Assembly (NCBI GenBank): GCA_038209365.1 | Contig: JBBQXS010000016.1 | Span: 7,870-71,869, forward strand | Reading direction: 5' to 3' | Source of the DNA: Acidimicrobiia bacterium | GTDB lineage: Bacteria > Actinomycetota > Acidimicrobiia > IMCC26256 > PALSA-610 | DNA: 64,000 nt | In this document: piece after piece, positions 17,556 to 26,952 of the stretch | Numbering within the stretch: the first letter of the stretch is position 1 | Layout: each line of letters starts with the position of its first letter | The notes under the pieces: generated by a model | The model's database searches: none | The model's input: only the letters and a program-made list of their open reading frames with translations | What the model was told of the DNA's origin: nothing | Made by a program: the position numbers and the translations under genes

Positions 17556-18296
17556 ATGGGCACATCGGCACTCGCCCTCATGCGCGCGTCGGGCAAGCAC
17601 GCAACCTCCGGGCTCGGCGTACCGCTCGCGCTCGTGCTCCTCGTTCCGATGGAGGCGGGTATCCCGATCCCGATTCCCGCCGACCTCGTGATGCTGCTGA
17701 TCGGCGAACGCGCGGCGGACGGCAGCTTCCCGCTGTGGGCCGCGATCATCGCCCTCGAGGTGGTGGCGGTCGTCGGCAGCGCGGCCTTGTTCTTGATCGC
17801 GCGCGGGCCCGGACACGCGCTGCTCGAGCGAGCCGGACCACGTATCGGGTTGACGCGCGAGCGTCTCGGCCGCGCAAGCACCCTCGTCGAGCGGCGCGGC
17901 ACTGCCGCCCTGGCCATCGGGCGCGGGACGCCGGGGCTGCGCACGGTCACCTGTATCGCGGCCGGCGGCTCGGGTCTGCGCCTGCGGCGCGCGCTTCCCG
18001 CGCTCGCTCTCGGCGCCAGCGTGTTCCTCCAGCTCCACCTCGTGCTGGGCTATTTCCTCGGACCGGCCGCGCGGGACGTGCTGGAGAACGCGAAGGGCCC
18101 CGCGATAGCACTGTTCGGCGCGCTGTTGGTCGGCGCGGCGGTGTACTGGTTCGTGCGCCGAGGTCGTCACCGAGAAGGCGCGCAGTCGATGACGGAGGCC
18201 GCGTGCCCGTTGTGCCTCGCGCTCAACTGGGTCGTGGAACGGGAGCTGACCGATCGTCGAGCTTCCACTCCTCGCCCCGCTCGCGCAGGCGGTTGA
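17556..18296 (+). CDS. DedA family (SNARE-associated) membrane protein
   Basis: ATG at 17556 within ORF 17148-18296. EAGIPIPIPADLVMLLIG and GRGTPGLRTVTCIAAG correspond to the two re-entrant DedA motifs. Its 3' tail overlaps the convergent gene by 74 nt. Confidence 0.7.
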   Translation: MGTSALALMRASGKHATSGLGVPLALVLLVPMEAGIPIPIPADLVMLLIGERAADGSFPLWAAIIALEVVAVVGSAALFLIARGPGHALLERAGPRIGLTRERLGRASTLVERRGTAALAIGRGTPGLRTVTCIAAGGSGLRLRRALPALALGASVFLQLHLVLGYFLGPAARDVLENAKGPAIALFGALLVGAAVYWFVRRGRHREGAQSMTEAACPLCLALNWVVERELTDRRASTPRPARAGG

Positions 18297-19452
18297 GGAA
18301 CGGCACCGCGTCGAAGGCTTCGGGTCCGAGCACGCCCGCGCCCGACCACCCGCCGGTCGCAAGCAGCTCGAGCGCGACCGTCGCGTTGATCGCCGTTTGC
18401 CACACGACCGCCTGTGCGTGGTGGCGCGCCATCGTCTCGGCGTTGTCGGCGACGTGGTACAGGTACACCTCGCGTGGTTGCCCGTCGATCCCGGTGCCGC
18501 GGACCCACGTGCCCGCGCACGTGCGACCATGCATGCTCTCGCCGAGCTGCGCAGGATCCGGGAGCACGGCGGCGACCAATTCGCGCGGTGACACCTCGAC
18601 GCCGCGGACGCGTACCGGTGTCGTCGACGCAAGCCCGGTCGTCGCGAGCATGCGCAAGATCTCGATGAACTCCTCGCCGAGCCCGTACTTGAACGTGACG
18701 CGCCCGCAGTCGACGCGCCGCGGGATCAGCACCACCTCTTCGTGCTCGACGTGCACGCAATCGACCGCGCCGATGCCTTCGGGGAAGACGAACCGTTCCG
18801 GCTCCGAGAACGGCGGCAACGTGAACCAGCCTCGAGCGCGCTCCCACACGAGCGGCGGATTGAGGCACTCCTCGATCGTCGTCCAGACCGAGAACGTCGG
18901 CGCGAAGTCGTAACCGTCGATCGTGAGGTCACCGCCGTCACGTACGCCGATCTCGTCGATCGTCGTGAAGAGATGGTCGGCGGCGTAGCGGGCGAACACG
19001 TCGGAGAGGCCGGGATCGACGCCCATCCCGACCAGGGCGAGCAGTCCTCGATCCTCCCATTCACCGTTCGCCGAGAGCTGTTCCTCGCCGAGCATTCGCC
19101 CCGGGACCTCGTGTGGGTGCTCGGGATGCGGCTCCGAGAGCGTCATCGCCATGTCGACGTAGTGGCATCCGGCCGCGAGCGCGGCCGAAAAGATGGGCGG
19201 GTTGAACCGTGGATCGCACGCATTGACGACGACGTCGATGTGCTCCGCGGACGCCAACGCCTCGAGACCGGCTGCGTCCGACGCGTCGGCGACCCGGGCG
19301 ACGAACCGACGGTCATCGAGGCCGGCGATGGCACGTGCGGCGCGCCCGCCATCGAGGTCCGAGACCACCACTCCCGCGAGCACGTCGGATTCGCCGGCCG
19401 CGGTGGTGATCGCGCTCCCGACTCCGCCCGCGCCGACCACCAACACGCGCAC
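18223..19452 (-). CDS. Saccharopine dehydrogenase family NAD(P)-binding protein
   Basis: 409 aa. Rossmann start MRVLVVGAGGVGSAI, plus length and layout typical of the saccharopine/carboxynorspermidine dehydrogenase family. It is the last gene of the pot-like string. Confidence 0.75.
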   Translation of the reverse strand: MRVLVVGAGGVGSAITTAAGESDVLAGVVVSDLDGGRAARAIAGLDDRRFVARVADASDAAGLEALASAEHIDVVVNACDPRFNPPIFSAALAAGCHYVDMAMTLSEPHPEHPHEVPGRMLGEEQLSANGEWEDRGLLALVGMGVDPGLSDVFARYAADHLFTTIDEIGVRDGGDLTIDGYDFAPTFSVWTTIEECLNPPLVWERARGWFTLPPFSEPERFVFPEGIGAVDCVHVEHEEVVLIPRRVDCGRVTFKYGLGEEFIEILRMLATTGLASTTPVRVRGVEVSPRELVAAVLPDPAQLGESMHGRTCAGTWVRGTGIDGQPREVYLYHVADNAETMARHHAQAVVWQTAINATVALELLATGGWSGAGVLGPEAFDAVPFLNRLRERGEEWKLDDRSAPVPRPS

Positions 19453-19458
19453 CGCGGA

Positions 19459-20289
19459 TCAGCCGAGCGCGGTTGCGTCGATGCCACCGCGGCCGCGTTT
19501 CGCGGCGCGGGCGCTGAATGCCGCGCCGATCCCGAGCGCAATGAGCGAGAACGCCAGCACGAAGCTCGAGAGCGCGTTGATGCGTGGTGAGACACCGACG
19601 CGAAGCTGCCCGAAGATGTACAGCGGCAGCGTGTTGGCGCCCGGTCCCGCCGTGAAGAACGTGATCACGACGTCGTCGAGCGAGATCATGAACGCCAGCA
19701 TCGCCCCGGCCGCGATGCCGGGTGCCGCGAGCGGAAGCACGACGCGCAGGAAGCTCTGCACAGGCGTCGCGCCGAGATCGGCGGCGGCTTCGACGAGTCG
19801 GTTGTCGAACGACGAGAGCCGCGCCTTCACGACCACGACGACGAACGCGATGCAGAACGTGATGTGCGAGAGGATCACCGTACGCAGCCCGAGCTTCATG
19901 TGTGCGAACTGCACGAAGAACGCCAGAAGCGCGATGCCCAGCACGACCTCAGGGATCACCAGCGAGATGAACACCAATGTCGAATACGCCGAGCGGCCCC
20001 GGAACTGGAACCGAGTGAGCGCGAACGCGGCGAGGGTGCCCAGCAGCGTGGCGACCAACGTCGCAACGATCGCGACCTTGAGCGTCGTGCGGAACGCCCG
20101 CAAGGCGTCTTCGTTGTGGATGAGATCGTCGTACCACTTCGTCGAGAACTTGGTGAAGGTCGTGCCGCTGCGCGCCTCGTTGAAGCTGAACACGACGAGC
20201 ACGATGATCGGCGCGAACAAGAACGCGTACACGAGCAGCGCGTGCAGCTTCAGGTAGCGCGGTCGCAGCGCGCTCTTGCTGCGGCTCAC
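19459..20289 (-). CDS. potC: Spermidine/putrescine-type ABC transporter permease (PotC-like)
   Basis: 276 aa, 6 TM, with an EAA-like loop (LVEAAADLGATPVQSFLRVVLP). Has a 4-nt overlap with the upstream permease gene. Confidence 0.8.
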   Translation of the reverse strand: MSRSKSALRPRYLKLHALLVYAFLFAPIIVLVVFSFNEARSGTTFTKFSTKWYDDLIHNEDALRAFRTTLKVAIVATLVATLLGTLAAFALTRFQFRGRSAYSTLVFISLVIPEVVLGIALLAFFVQFAHMKLGLRTVILSHITFCIAFVVVVVKARLSSFDNRLVEAAADLGATPVQSFLRVVLPLAAPGIAAGAMLAFMISLDDVVITFFTAGPGANTLPLYIFGQLRVGVSPRINALSSFVLAFSLIALGIGAAFSARAAKRGRGGIDATALG

Positions 20290-21203
20290 AGCGCGTCCTC
20301 GCCGACACGTCGCAAGTAGACGTAGACCCCGATCAGGATGAAGGCCATCAGGACCACGGCCATCGCCGAACCGAGTGGCCAGTTCTGCCCGCTGCCGAAC
20401 TGGTCCTGGATCGTGTTGCCGAACATCTGCGTCTTTACGCCACCGAGGAGCTCGGGCGTGACGAAGTCACCGGTCGCGGGGATGAACACGAGCAGGGTGC
20501 CGGCGACGAGCCCCGGCGCGACCGTGGGCACGATCACACGGAAGAACGTCGACACCTTGCCGTGCCCGAGGTCGTAGCTCGCCTCGACGAGCGACGGATC
20601 CATGCGTTCGATCGATGCGTACAGCGGCAGCACCATGAACGGCAGGAATCCGTACGTGAGCCCGAGGATGACGGCGAACGACGTGTTGAGGAACACGTGG
20701 TGGTTCCCGAGGTGCAGCGCGCCGAGCGTGTCGTTCAGCAGTCCGTCTCGTTGGAGGATGAACTGCCAGGCATACATGCGTATGAGATAGCTCGTCAGAA
20801 ACGGGATGATCACCAGCACGAGAAAGATGTTGCGTAAGCGCCCGGTGAACCGGGCGATCCAGTACGCGAGCGGAAAGCCCAGCGCGACGCACGCGATCGT
20901 CGTGGCGGCGGAGTAGTAGATCGAGCGTAGGAAGATCCGCAGGAAGCGACTCCCGAGCGCGTCCTGGTAGTTGTGCCACTGGAGGTTGCTCCAGCTGAAT
21001 CGGACGGGCTTGATGATGCCGCGACGCGCCAGGCTGTACTGGATCACGATGAGCATCGGGATGACCAACAGCGCGAGGAACCACACCGCGGTCGGCAGGA
21101 GCAACAAGTTGGCCTTCAGCCATTCCGGCAACGTGCGTCGGGCGCGAGGTGGCTCCTCGACCGGCTCAGGTGCAGGAGGCGCGTCCGCCAGCGTTCTGCT
21201 CAA
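20286..21203 (-). CDS. potB: Spermidine/putrescine-type ABC transporter permease (PotB-like)
   Basis: 305 aa with EAA loop LVEASYDLGHGKVSTFFRVIVP. Has a 4-nt overlap with the binding-protein gene. Confidence 0.8.
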   Translation of the reverse strand: MSRTLADAPPAPEPVEEPPRARRTLPEWLKANLLLLPTAVWFLALLVIPMLIVIQYSLARRGIIKPVRFSWSNLQWHNYQDALGSRFLRIFLRSIYYSAATTIACVALGFPLAYWIARFTGRLRNIFLVLVIIPFLTSYLIRMYAWQFILQRDGLLNDTLGALHLGNHHVFLNTSFAVILGLTYGFLPFMVLPLYASIERMDPSLVEASYDLGHGKVSTFFRVIVPTVAPGLVAGTLLVFIPATGDFVTPELLGGVKTQMFGNTIQDQFGSGQNWPLGSAMAVVLMAFILIGVYVYLRRVGEDAL

Positions 21204-22348
21204 GCAGTCTTCACCTCGGTCCAGCGGTCCGCGTACTTGATCTCGTCCTCGCCGAGGTCCTTGGCGAAGGGGAGCTTGGCGAGCTCGTCGGGCGGTGGAT
21301 AGATCAGCGGGTCGCCGGTGATCGACTTCAAGATGAACGGCTCGGCCGCTTTGTTCGGGCTGCCGTAGTTGATGAAGTTCGTGAGCGCCGCCCCGACCTT
21401 GGGCTCGAGGATGTAGTTCATGAACTCGTGCGCGTTCCCCGGATGCGGCGCGTCCTTGGGTATTGCCATCGCGTCCGTCCAGGAGTTCGCGCCCGACTTC
21501 GGGATCACGTACTCGAGCTTCTTGTTGACGGCCTGGGCCTGGAACACGTCACCCGAGTACGCGTGGCAAAGGATCAGCTCACCGCCCTTCAGCGGGTCCT
21601 GATAGTCGGACGTGATCGACTTCACCTTCTTCTTCAGGTCGATGAGGTAGGCCTTCGCGTCGTCGAGGTCGCCGTCGTCGAGCGTGTTCGGGTCACGACC
21701 GAGCGAGAACAATGCCAGGGCGAACGCGTCGCGCGCCTCGTCGAGGAACGAGCTCTTGCCCTTGACGGAGGGAAGATCGAACGCGTTCCAGTCAGTCACC
21801 TCGCCGTCGATCTTGGTCGGGTCGAAGCCGATGCCGGTCGTGCCCCACTGCCACGAGATCGAGTACTCGTTTCCCGGGTCGAATTCCGCGTTCCGGAAAC
21901 GTTCGTCGAGGTTCGTGACGTTCGGAATCTTCGCGAGATCGAGCTTTTGCAGGATGCCGGCCCGCTTCATCTTCACGAGCGTGCTGTCGGTGGGCACGAT
22001 GATGTCGTAGCCCGTGCCCCCCGTACGCATCTTCGCGAAGAGCTCGTCGTTGGAGGCGTAGTTGTCGTAGGTGACCTTGATGCCCGTCCGCTTCTGGAAG
22101 TTGGGAATCGTCTTGTCGTCGATGTACTCGGTCCAGTTGTAGAAATTCAGCTGCTTGGGCTCGGGGGCGGTGGTGGTGGCCGGACCGCTGCTCGCGGGCT
22201 TGTTGCTGTCACCGCCGCATGCCGCCGCGGCGAAGCCTGCGGCGGCGGCGAAGCCCATCGTCTTCATGAACGTGCGACGGTTCCAGCGCGGCGAATTGAC
22301 GTCCCACAGGAACGCCATCGACACGCGATCGGGATCGGGACCGGTCAT
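21200..22348 (-). CDS. potD: Spermidine/putrescine ABC transporter substrate-binding protein (PotD-like), Tat/lipoprotein signal
   Basis: ATG at 22348 forms an ATGA overlap with the potA stop. Signal is RRTFMKTMGFAAAAGFAAAAC. The LNFYNWTEYID and ISWQWGTTGIGF blocks are typical of PotD/PotF. Confidence 0.8.
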   Translation of the reverse strand: MTGPDPDRVSMAFLWDVNSPRWNRRTFMKTMGFAAAAGFAAAACGGDSNKPASSGPATTTAPEPKQLNFYNWTEYIDDKTIPNFQKRTGIKVTYDNYASNDELFAKMRTGGTGYDIIVPTDSTLVKMKRAGILQKLDLAKIPNVTNLDERFRNAEFDPGNEYSISWQWGTTGIGFDPTKIDGEVTDWNAFDLPSVKGKSSFLDEARDAFALALFSLGRDPNTLDDGDLDDAKAYLIDLKKKVKSITSDYQDPLKGGELILCHAYSGDVFQAQAVNKKLEYVIPKSGANSWTDAMAIPKDAPHPGNAHEFMNYILEPKVGAALTNFINYGSPNKAAEPFILKSITGDPLIYPPPDELAKLPFAKDLGEDEIKYADRWTEVKTA

Positions 22349-23538
22349 ACCTTCAGCTCCTTCTCGTTGTCTTCTGTGTCCTGTGTCCCCGCGTGCCGCG
22401 TCGCGGCGCGATCGGTGTCGAGACTGGGTTCGTCGGCGAACACGACATTGAATTCGGGATTCCACACCAGCCGGGCGCGGGTACCGGGCACGCCCGCGTC
22501 ACTGACGCGCTCGCTGTTCTGACGGAACGCGACGAGCGTCGAGCCGTCGTCGGTGCGGACGACGAGTTGAGTCGACACGCCTTGGTAGACGACGTCGACG
22601 ACGGTCCCCGCCGCGCTGCACAGCCCGTCGGCGACGGGCGCGTCGATCGCCACCACGCGCAGCTTCTCGGGCCGGACGGTGAATGCGAGCCGATCTCCGT
22701 TGCGGAGGGCGCGTTCCGGTGGCGGCGTCACGAGCATGCGGTCGCCTGGAGGAGCCGATACCTCGAGCCAGTCACCGTTGCGTCCGGTCACTTCGGTTTC
22801 GACGATGTTGGAGGTACCGATGAAGCCGGCCACGAAGCGGGTCGCGGGTCGCTCGTAGATGTCCTCCGGGTAGCCGATCTGCTCGACGTGACCGAACGAC
22901 ATCACCGCGAGGCGGTCGCTCATCACGAGAGCTTCTTCTTGGTCGTGGGTGACGTAGATGAACGTCACGCCGACCTCGCGCTGGATACGCATGAGCTCGA
23001 GTTGCATCTGCTTGCGCAACTTGAGGTCGAGCGCGCCGAGCGGCTCGTCCAGCAGGAGCACCGCAGGCTGGTTGACGAGCGCGCGCGCCAGCGCGACACG
23101 CTGCTGCTGACCGCCCGAGAGCTGCTGCGGCCGGCGGTCGTCGTATCCCTCGAGCTGCACGAGGCGGAGATACCGCTGCACCCGGTCGCGGACCTCGTGC
23201 TTCGGCACCTTCTTGCGGCGGAGACCGAACGCGACGTTGTCGAACACCGTGAGGTGCGGGAAGAGCGCGTACGACTGGAACACCGTGTTGACATTGCGCT
23301 TGTAGGGCGGCACGCCGACGATGTCGCGACCGGTGAGCATCACCTGCCCGGATTCGGGTTCCTCGAAGCCGGCGATCATCCGCAACGACGTGGTCTTGCC
23401 GCAACCGGATGGGCCGAGCAGCGAGAAGAACTCGCCGCGGGCGACCTCGATCGTCACATTGTCGACGGCGACGATGTTGTTGAACCGCTTGGTCACACCG
23501 TAGAGGCCGACCTCGACCGGCGCGTTGTGTTCGGTCAT
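22345..23538 (-). CDS. potA: Polyamine-type ABC transporter ATP-binding protein (PotA-like)
   Basis: 397 aa with Walker A GPSGCGKTT, signature LSGGQQQRVALARAL and Walker B LLLDEP, plus a C-terminal TOBE-like regulatory domain. Confidence 0.9.
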   Translation of the reverse strand: MTEHNAPVEVGLYGVTKRFNNIVAVDNVTIEVARGEFFSLLGPSGCGKTTSLRMIAGFEEPESGQVMLTGRDIVGVPPYKRNVNTVFQSYALFPHLTVFDNVAFGLRRKKVPKHEVRDRVQRYLRLVQLEGYDDRRPQQLSGGQQQRVALARALVNQPAVLLLDEPLGALDLKLRKQMQLELMRIQREVGVTFIYVTHDQEEALVMSDRLAVMSFGHVEQIGYPEDIYERPATRFVAGFIGTSNIVETEVTGRNGDWLEVSAPPGDRMLVTPPPERALRNGDRLAFTVRPEKLRVVAIDAPVADGLCSAAGTVVDVVYQGVSTQLVVRTDDGSTLVAFRQNSERVSDAGVPGTRARLVWNPEFNVVFADEPSLDTDRAATRHAGTQDTEDNEKELKV

Positions 23539-23554
23539 CGCGTGGCCCCTGTCG

Positions 23555-23594
23555 GGCGTGTTTGAGGGCGCGTTTTCCGCACCCTACACACGCC
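23555..23594. repeat. Diverged, inverted copy of the ~40-nt palindromic intergenic repeat (probable terminator hairpin after the aminotransferase gene)
   Basis: The reverse complement, ggcgtgtgtagggtgcggaaaacgcgccctcaaacacgcc, matches the copy at 26899-26939 at about 80 percent. It shares the left arm GGCGTGTGT and the TGCGGAAAACGC core. The stem has mismatches and one bulge. Confidence 0.6.
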
Positions 23595-24909
23595 TCCAGG
23601 CATCGGTCAGCACACCTCGGAGCACTTGCTCGATGTAATCGAACTCCGATTGGCCGACGATCAACGGCGGCGCGAGCTGCACGACGGGCTCGCCGCGGTC
23701 ATCCGTCCGACAGATCAGCCCCGCGTCGTACAACGCGGGTGAGATGAAGCCGCGCAACAATCGCTCGGCCTCGTCGTGGTCGAACGTCGCACGAGTGGCT
23801 TTGTCCTTCACCAATTCGATGCCGTAGAAATATCCGTCGCCGCGCACGTCCCCGACGATCGGAAGGTCGTGCAGCCGTTCCAGGGTCGCGCGGAACGCGT
23901 CCTCGTTCGCGCGCACATGTTGGAGGAGACCTTCGCGTTCGATGAGGTCGAGGTTCGCGAGCGCGACCGCGCAGCTCACCGGGTGGCCGCCGAACGTGAT
24001 GCCGTGCAGGAACGTGTGGGTGTCTTGCAGGAACGGCTCCACGAGGTACGGCCGCGCGATCATGCCGCCGACCGGGGAGTACCCCGAGGTCATGCCTTTC
24101 GCCATCGTGATGATGTCGGGCAGATAGTCGTAGCGCTCGGAGCCGAACCAATGGCCGAGGCGGCCGAAGGCGCAGATCACCTCGTCGGACACGAGCAACA
24201 CGCCGTACTGGTCGCAGATCTCGCGCACCCGTTGGAAGTAGCCCGGCGGCGGCGGGAAGCAGCCGCCCGAGTTCTGCACCGGTTCGAGGAACACCGCCGC
24301 GACGGTCTCCGGTCCCTCCATCTCGATCGCCAGCGCGATCGCCTCGGCGGGGTCGATGGGCGGCGGGCGGTACGGATTGGTGTTCGGCACTTTGACCGCG
24401 CCCGGCACGAGCGGCTCGAACGGCGCCTTGATCGCGGGAACGCCCGTCAGCGACAGCGCGCCCATCGTGGTGCCGTGATATGCGATGTACCGGCTCAGCA
24501 CCTTGTACCGGCGCGGCTGACCGGTCGTCTGGAAGTACTGCCGGGCGAGCTTCCACGCCGACTCGACGGCCTCGCTGCCGCCCGTCGTGAAGAACACGCG
24601 CTCGAGGTCGCCGGGCGCGAGGTCGGCGAGCCGTTCCGCCAGCTCGATTGCGCGCGGGTGCGCGTAGCTCCACACGGGGAAGTACGCGAGCTCACTCGCC
24701 TGCTTGGTCATGGCCTCGACGAGCTCGGTGCGTCCGTGTCCGACTTGCGAGACGAACAGGCCCGCGAGCCCGTCGAGATACCGCTTGCCGCGGTCGTCGT
24801 AGACCCACGCGCCCTCGCCGCGCACGATGACCGGGACGTCGTGGTCGCCGGACATGCGCGTGAAGTGCATCCAGAGATGGCGGCGTGCGGTGTCGGAAAG
24901 AGTGCCCAT
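23584..24909 (-). CDS. Class III (omega) aminotransferase, putrescine/beta-alanine:pyruvate-transaminase-like
   Basis: ATG at 24909 within ORF 23584-25851. HLWMHFTRM, the DGLAGLFVSQVGHGR block, SDEVICAFGRLGHWF and ITMAKGMTSGY (PLP lysine) are class III aminotransferase motifs. Confidence 0.85.
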   Translation of the reverse strand: MGTLSDTARRHLWMHFTRMSGDHDVPVIVRGEGAWVYDDRGKRYLDGLAGLFVSQVGHGRTELVEAMTKQASELAYFPVWSYAHPRAIELAERLADLAPGDLERVFFTTGGSEAVESAWKLARQYFQTTGQPRRYKVLSRYIAYHGTTMGALSLTGVPAIKAPFEPLVPGAVKVPNTNPYRPPPIDPAEAIALAIEMEGPETVAAVFLEPVQNSGGCFPPPPGYFQRVREICDQYGVLLVSDEVICAFGRLGHWFGSERYDYLPDIITMAKGMTSGYSPVGGMIARPYLVEPFLQDTHTFLHGITFGGHPVSCAVALANLDLIEREGLLQHVRANEDAFRATLERLHDLPIVGDVRGDGYFYGIELVKDKATRATFDHDEAERLLRGFISPALYDAGLICRTDDRGEPVVQLAPPLIVGQSEFDYIEQVLRGVLTDAWRRV

Positions 24910-25418
24910 CACGTTCCCCAGGTATAGGTCTGCTTCTCGAGCCGGAGGTACACGAACGTGTCGGTCGAGCGGACGCCGGGGATCGCCCGGATCTGGCCGT
25001 TGATCACGTCGAGGAGGTGCTCGTCGTCCCGCGCGGTGAGCTCGACGAGAAGGTCGTACGCGCCCGAGCAGATCACGACGTACTCGATCTCGTTGCTCGC
25101 GGCGAGCTTGGCTGCGAGCTCGCGCACGTCGCCGTCGACGCGGATGCCGATCATCGCTTGGCGGTGCAGTCCGACGCGCAGCGGGTCGGTGACCGCGACG
25201 ATCTGCATGACGCCCGCGTCGAGGAGCCGTTGCACGCGCTGGCGCACGGCCGCTTCGGACAGCCCGACGGTCTTGGCGATCGTCGTGAACGGTCGCCGGC
25301 CGTCGATCTGGAGCTCGTGGATGATGCCGAGCGACACCTCGTCGAGCAGCGGTTGGTTGCGAATATCGTGGTCGGAAGACGCTTCGACAACGATCTGACG
25401 GCCCTGGCGGCGGTCCAC
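24909..25418 (-). CDS. Lrp/AsnC family transcriptional regulator
   Basis: 169 aa. HTH GIIHELQIDGRRPFTTIAKTVGLSEAAVRQRV followed by an RAM/ACT-like ligand domain. Its stop shares 1 nt with the aminotransferase ATG. Confidence 0.85.
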   Translation of the reverse strand: MDRRQGRQIVVEASSDHDIRNQPLLDEVSLGIIHELQIDGRRPFTTIAKTVGLSEAAVRQRVQRLLDAGVMQIVAVTDPLRVGLHRQAMIGIRVDGDVRELAAKLAASNEIEYVVICSGAYDLLVELTARDDEHLLDVINGQIRAIPGVRSTDTFVYLRLEKQTYTWGT

Positions 25419-25439
25419 CTGCGAATACTAGGGTCGCAG
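25419..25439. promoter_or_regulatory. Candidate operator: 6-bp inverted repeat with AT-rich 9-nt spacer in the lrp / aldehyde dehydrogenase divergent region
   Basis: ctgcga-atactaggg-tcgcag lies immediately upstream of the Lrp GTG and 17 nt upstream of the dehydrogenase ATG, whose SD is aggagg. Confidence 0.3.
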
Positions 25440-25455
25440 TGACAGGAGGTGCCAG

Positions 25456-26880
25456 ATGGAGAAGGTCACGAATTTCGTCAACGGCAAGGCTGCCGAGACC
25501 CGCGACGGCGAAACGACGCCGCTGGTCGACCCGTGCACGGGCACGGAGTACGGCGCCGCCGCAAGGTCGGGCGCGGCCGACATCGACGACGCGGTCGGCG
25601 CGGCGAGCGCCGCGTTCGACGGTTGGGCCGCGGCGACGCCGTCGGATCGCGGCCGGGCGTTGCTGCGCATCGCCGACGCGATCGAGGCCGATGCCGCACG
25701 GTTCATCGACGCCGATTGCCGGAGCACCGGCAAGCCGAAGGCACGGATGGCGGCAGACGAGATCCCGCCGATGGTCGACCAGTTGCGGTTCTTCGCGGGC
25801 GCGGCGCGCATGCTCGAGGGCCGGGGCGCGGCGGAATACATGGCCGGCCACACGTCGTACGTCCGGCGGGAGCCGATCGGTGTGTGCGCGCAGATCAGCC
25901 CGTGGAACTACCCGCTGATGATGGCGGTGTGGAAGGTCGCGCCCGCGTTGGCCGCCGGGAACACGGTGGTGCTCAAGCCCGCGGAGACGACGCCCGCGAC
26001 GTCAGTCATGCTCGCCGAGCTCGCGGCGGAGTTCCTGCCGCCCGGCGTGATGAACGTCGTGTGCGGTGATCGCGAGACCGGTCGCGCGTTGGTCGCGCAC
26101 CCCGGACCGCGCCTCGTGTCGGTGACCGGCTCTGTGCGCGCCGGTATGGAAATCGCGGCATCGGCGGCGAGCGACTTGAAGCGCGTGCACCTCGAGCTGG
26201 GCGGCAACGCGCCGGCGATCGTGTGTGACGACGCCGACGTCGAGGCCGCGGCGGAGGGCATCGCGATGGCCGGCTTCTACAACGCGGGCCAGGACTGCAC
26301 CGCGGCGACGCGCGTGATCGCGGGCGCGGCGGTGTACGACCGTCTGGTCGAGCTGCTGGTGGAACACGCGGCCGGCAAGGTCGTCGGTGGCCTCGACACG
26401 GCCGATGCCGACCTCGGCCCGCTGAACAGCGCGACCCAGCTGGACCGCGTGACCGGATACGTGGGCCGCATCCCCGACCGGGCGGAGGTGCTCACCGGCG
26501 GCGCGCAGTCCGGGAACACAGGCTTCTTCTACATGCCGACCGTGATCACGGGTGTCGCCCAGGAAGACGAGATCGTGCAGCAGGAAGTGTTCGGACCGGT
26601 GATCACCGTGCAGCGTTTCACCGACGAGGCCGACGCGATCGCGTGCGCGAACGGCGTCGAATACGGGCTCTCGTCGAGTGTGTGGACGCGCGATCACGGT
26701 GCCGCGATGCGCTTCTCGAACGCGCTCGAGTTCGGATGCGTGTGGGTCAACACGCACATTCCGCTGGTCGCGGAGATGCCGCACGGCGGCTTCAAGCATT
26801 CGGGTTACGGCAAGGACCTTTCGATGTACGGGCTCGAGGACTACACCCGCGTCAAACACGTCATGTCCGCCATCACGTGA
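25456..26880 (+). CDS. NAD-dependent aldehyde dehydrogenase, gamma-aminobutyraldehyde dehydrogenase-like
   Basis: 474 aa. ISPWNYPL, VLKPAETTP, the ELGGNAP glutamate motif and a catalytic-Cys block NAGQDCTAATR. Sits in a polyamine catabolism context. Confidence 0.9.
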   Translation: MEKVTNFVNGKAAETRDGETTPLVDPCTGTEYGAAARSGAADIDDAVGAASAAFDGWAAATPSDRGRALLRIADAIEADAARFIDADCRSTGKPKARMAADEIPPMVDQLRFFAGAARMLEGRGAAEYMAGHTSYVRREPIGVCAQISPWNYPLMMAVWKVAPALAAGNTVVLKPAETTPATSVMLAELAAEFLPPGVMNVVCGDRETGRALVAHPGPRLVSVTGSVRAGMEIAASAASDLKRVHLELGGNAPAIVCDDADVEAAAEGIAMAGFYNAGQDCTAATRVIAGAAVYDRLVELLVEHAAGKVVGGLDTADADLGPLNSATQLDRVTGYVGRIPDRAEVLTGGAQSGNTGFFYMPTVITGVAQEDEIVQQEVFGPVITVQRFTDEADAIACANGVEYGLSSSVWTRDHGAAMRFSNALEFGCVWVNTHIPLVAEMPHGGFKHSGYGKDLSMYGLEDYTRVKHVMSAIT

Positions 26881-26898
26881 GGTAGGGGACCGCGGGAT

Positions 26899-26939
26899 GG
26901 GCGTGTGTGAGGTGCGGAAAACGCACCTCACACAAGCCC
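26899..26939. repeat. Palindromic intergenic repeat, copy 1: 18-bp stem (1 mismatch), 5-nt loop; probable bidirectional terminator
   Basis: gggcgtgtgtgaggtgcg-gaaaa-cgcacctcacacaagccc lies between the convergent stops of the aldehyde dehydrogenase (26880) and gabT (26953). No U-tract. Confidence 0.85.
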
Positions 26940-26952
26940 CCTCCTCGTCTCG

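Noticed and set aside
16166-17950. Very long ORFs on the strand opposite the called genes. Examples: 16166-17950 (594 aa), 27530-29581 (683 aa), 31949-34453 (834 aa), 34541-36307 (588 aa), 11658-13907 (749 aa), 21-1193 (390 aa), 48086-49666 (526 aa).
   Set aside because: Their translations are Arg/Ala/Pro/Gly-rich low-complexity strings with no recognisable motifs. Each is exactly antisense to an ORF with clear family signatures. This is the classic shadow-ORF artefact of high-GC genomes.
23584-25851. N-terminal extensions of several track ORFs. Examples: the 755-aa form of the aminotransferase, the 828-aa form of the D-aminoacylase, the 731-aa forms of the PAP2-kinase and UbiB genes, the 611-aa form of the UPF0104 gene, and the 487-aa ORF 14515-15978.
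   Set aside because: The extensions overlap well-supported neighbouring genes, translate to low-complexity Arg-rich sequence, and lie upstream of internal starts. Those internal starts give family-typical lengths and ATGA/GTGA coupling or Shine-Dalgarno sequences.
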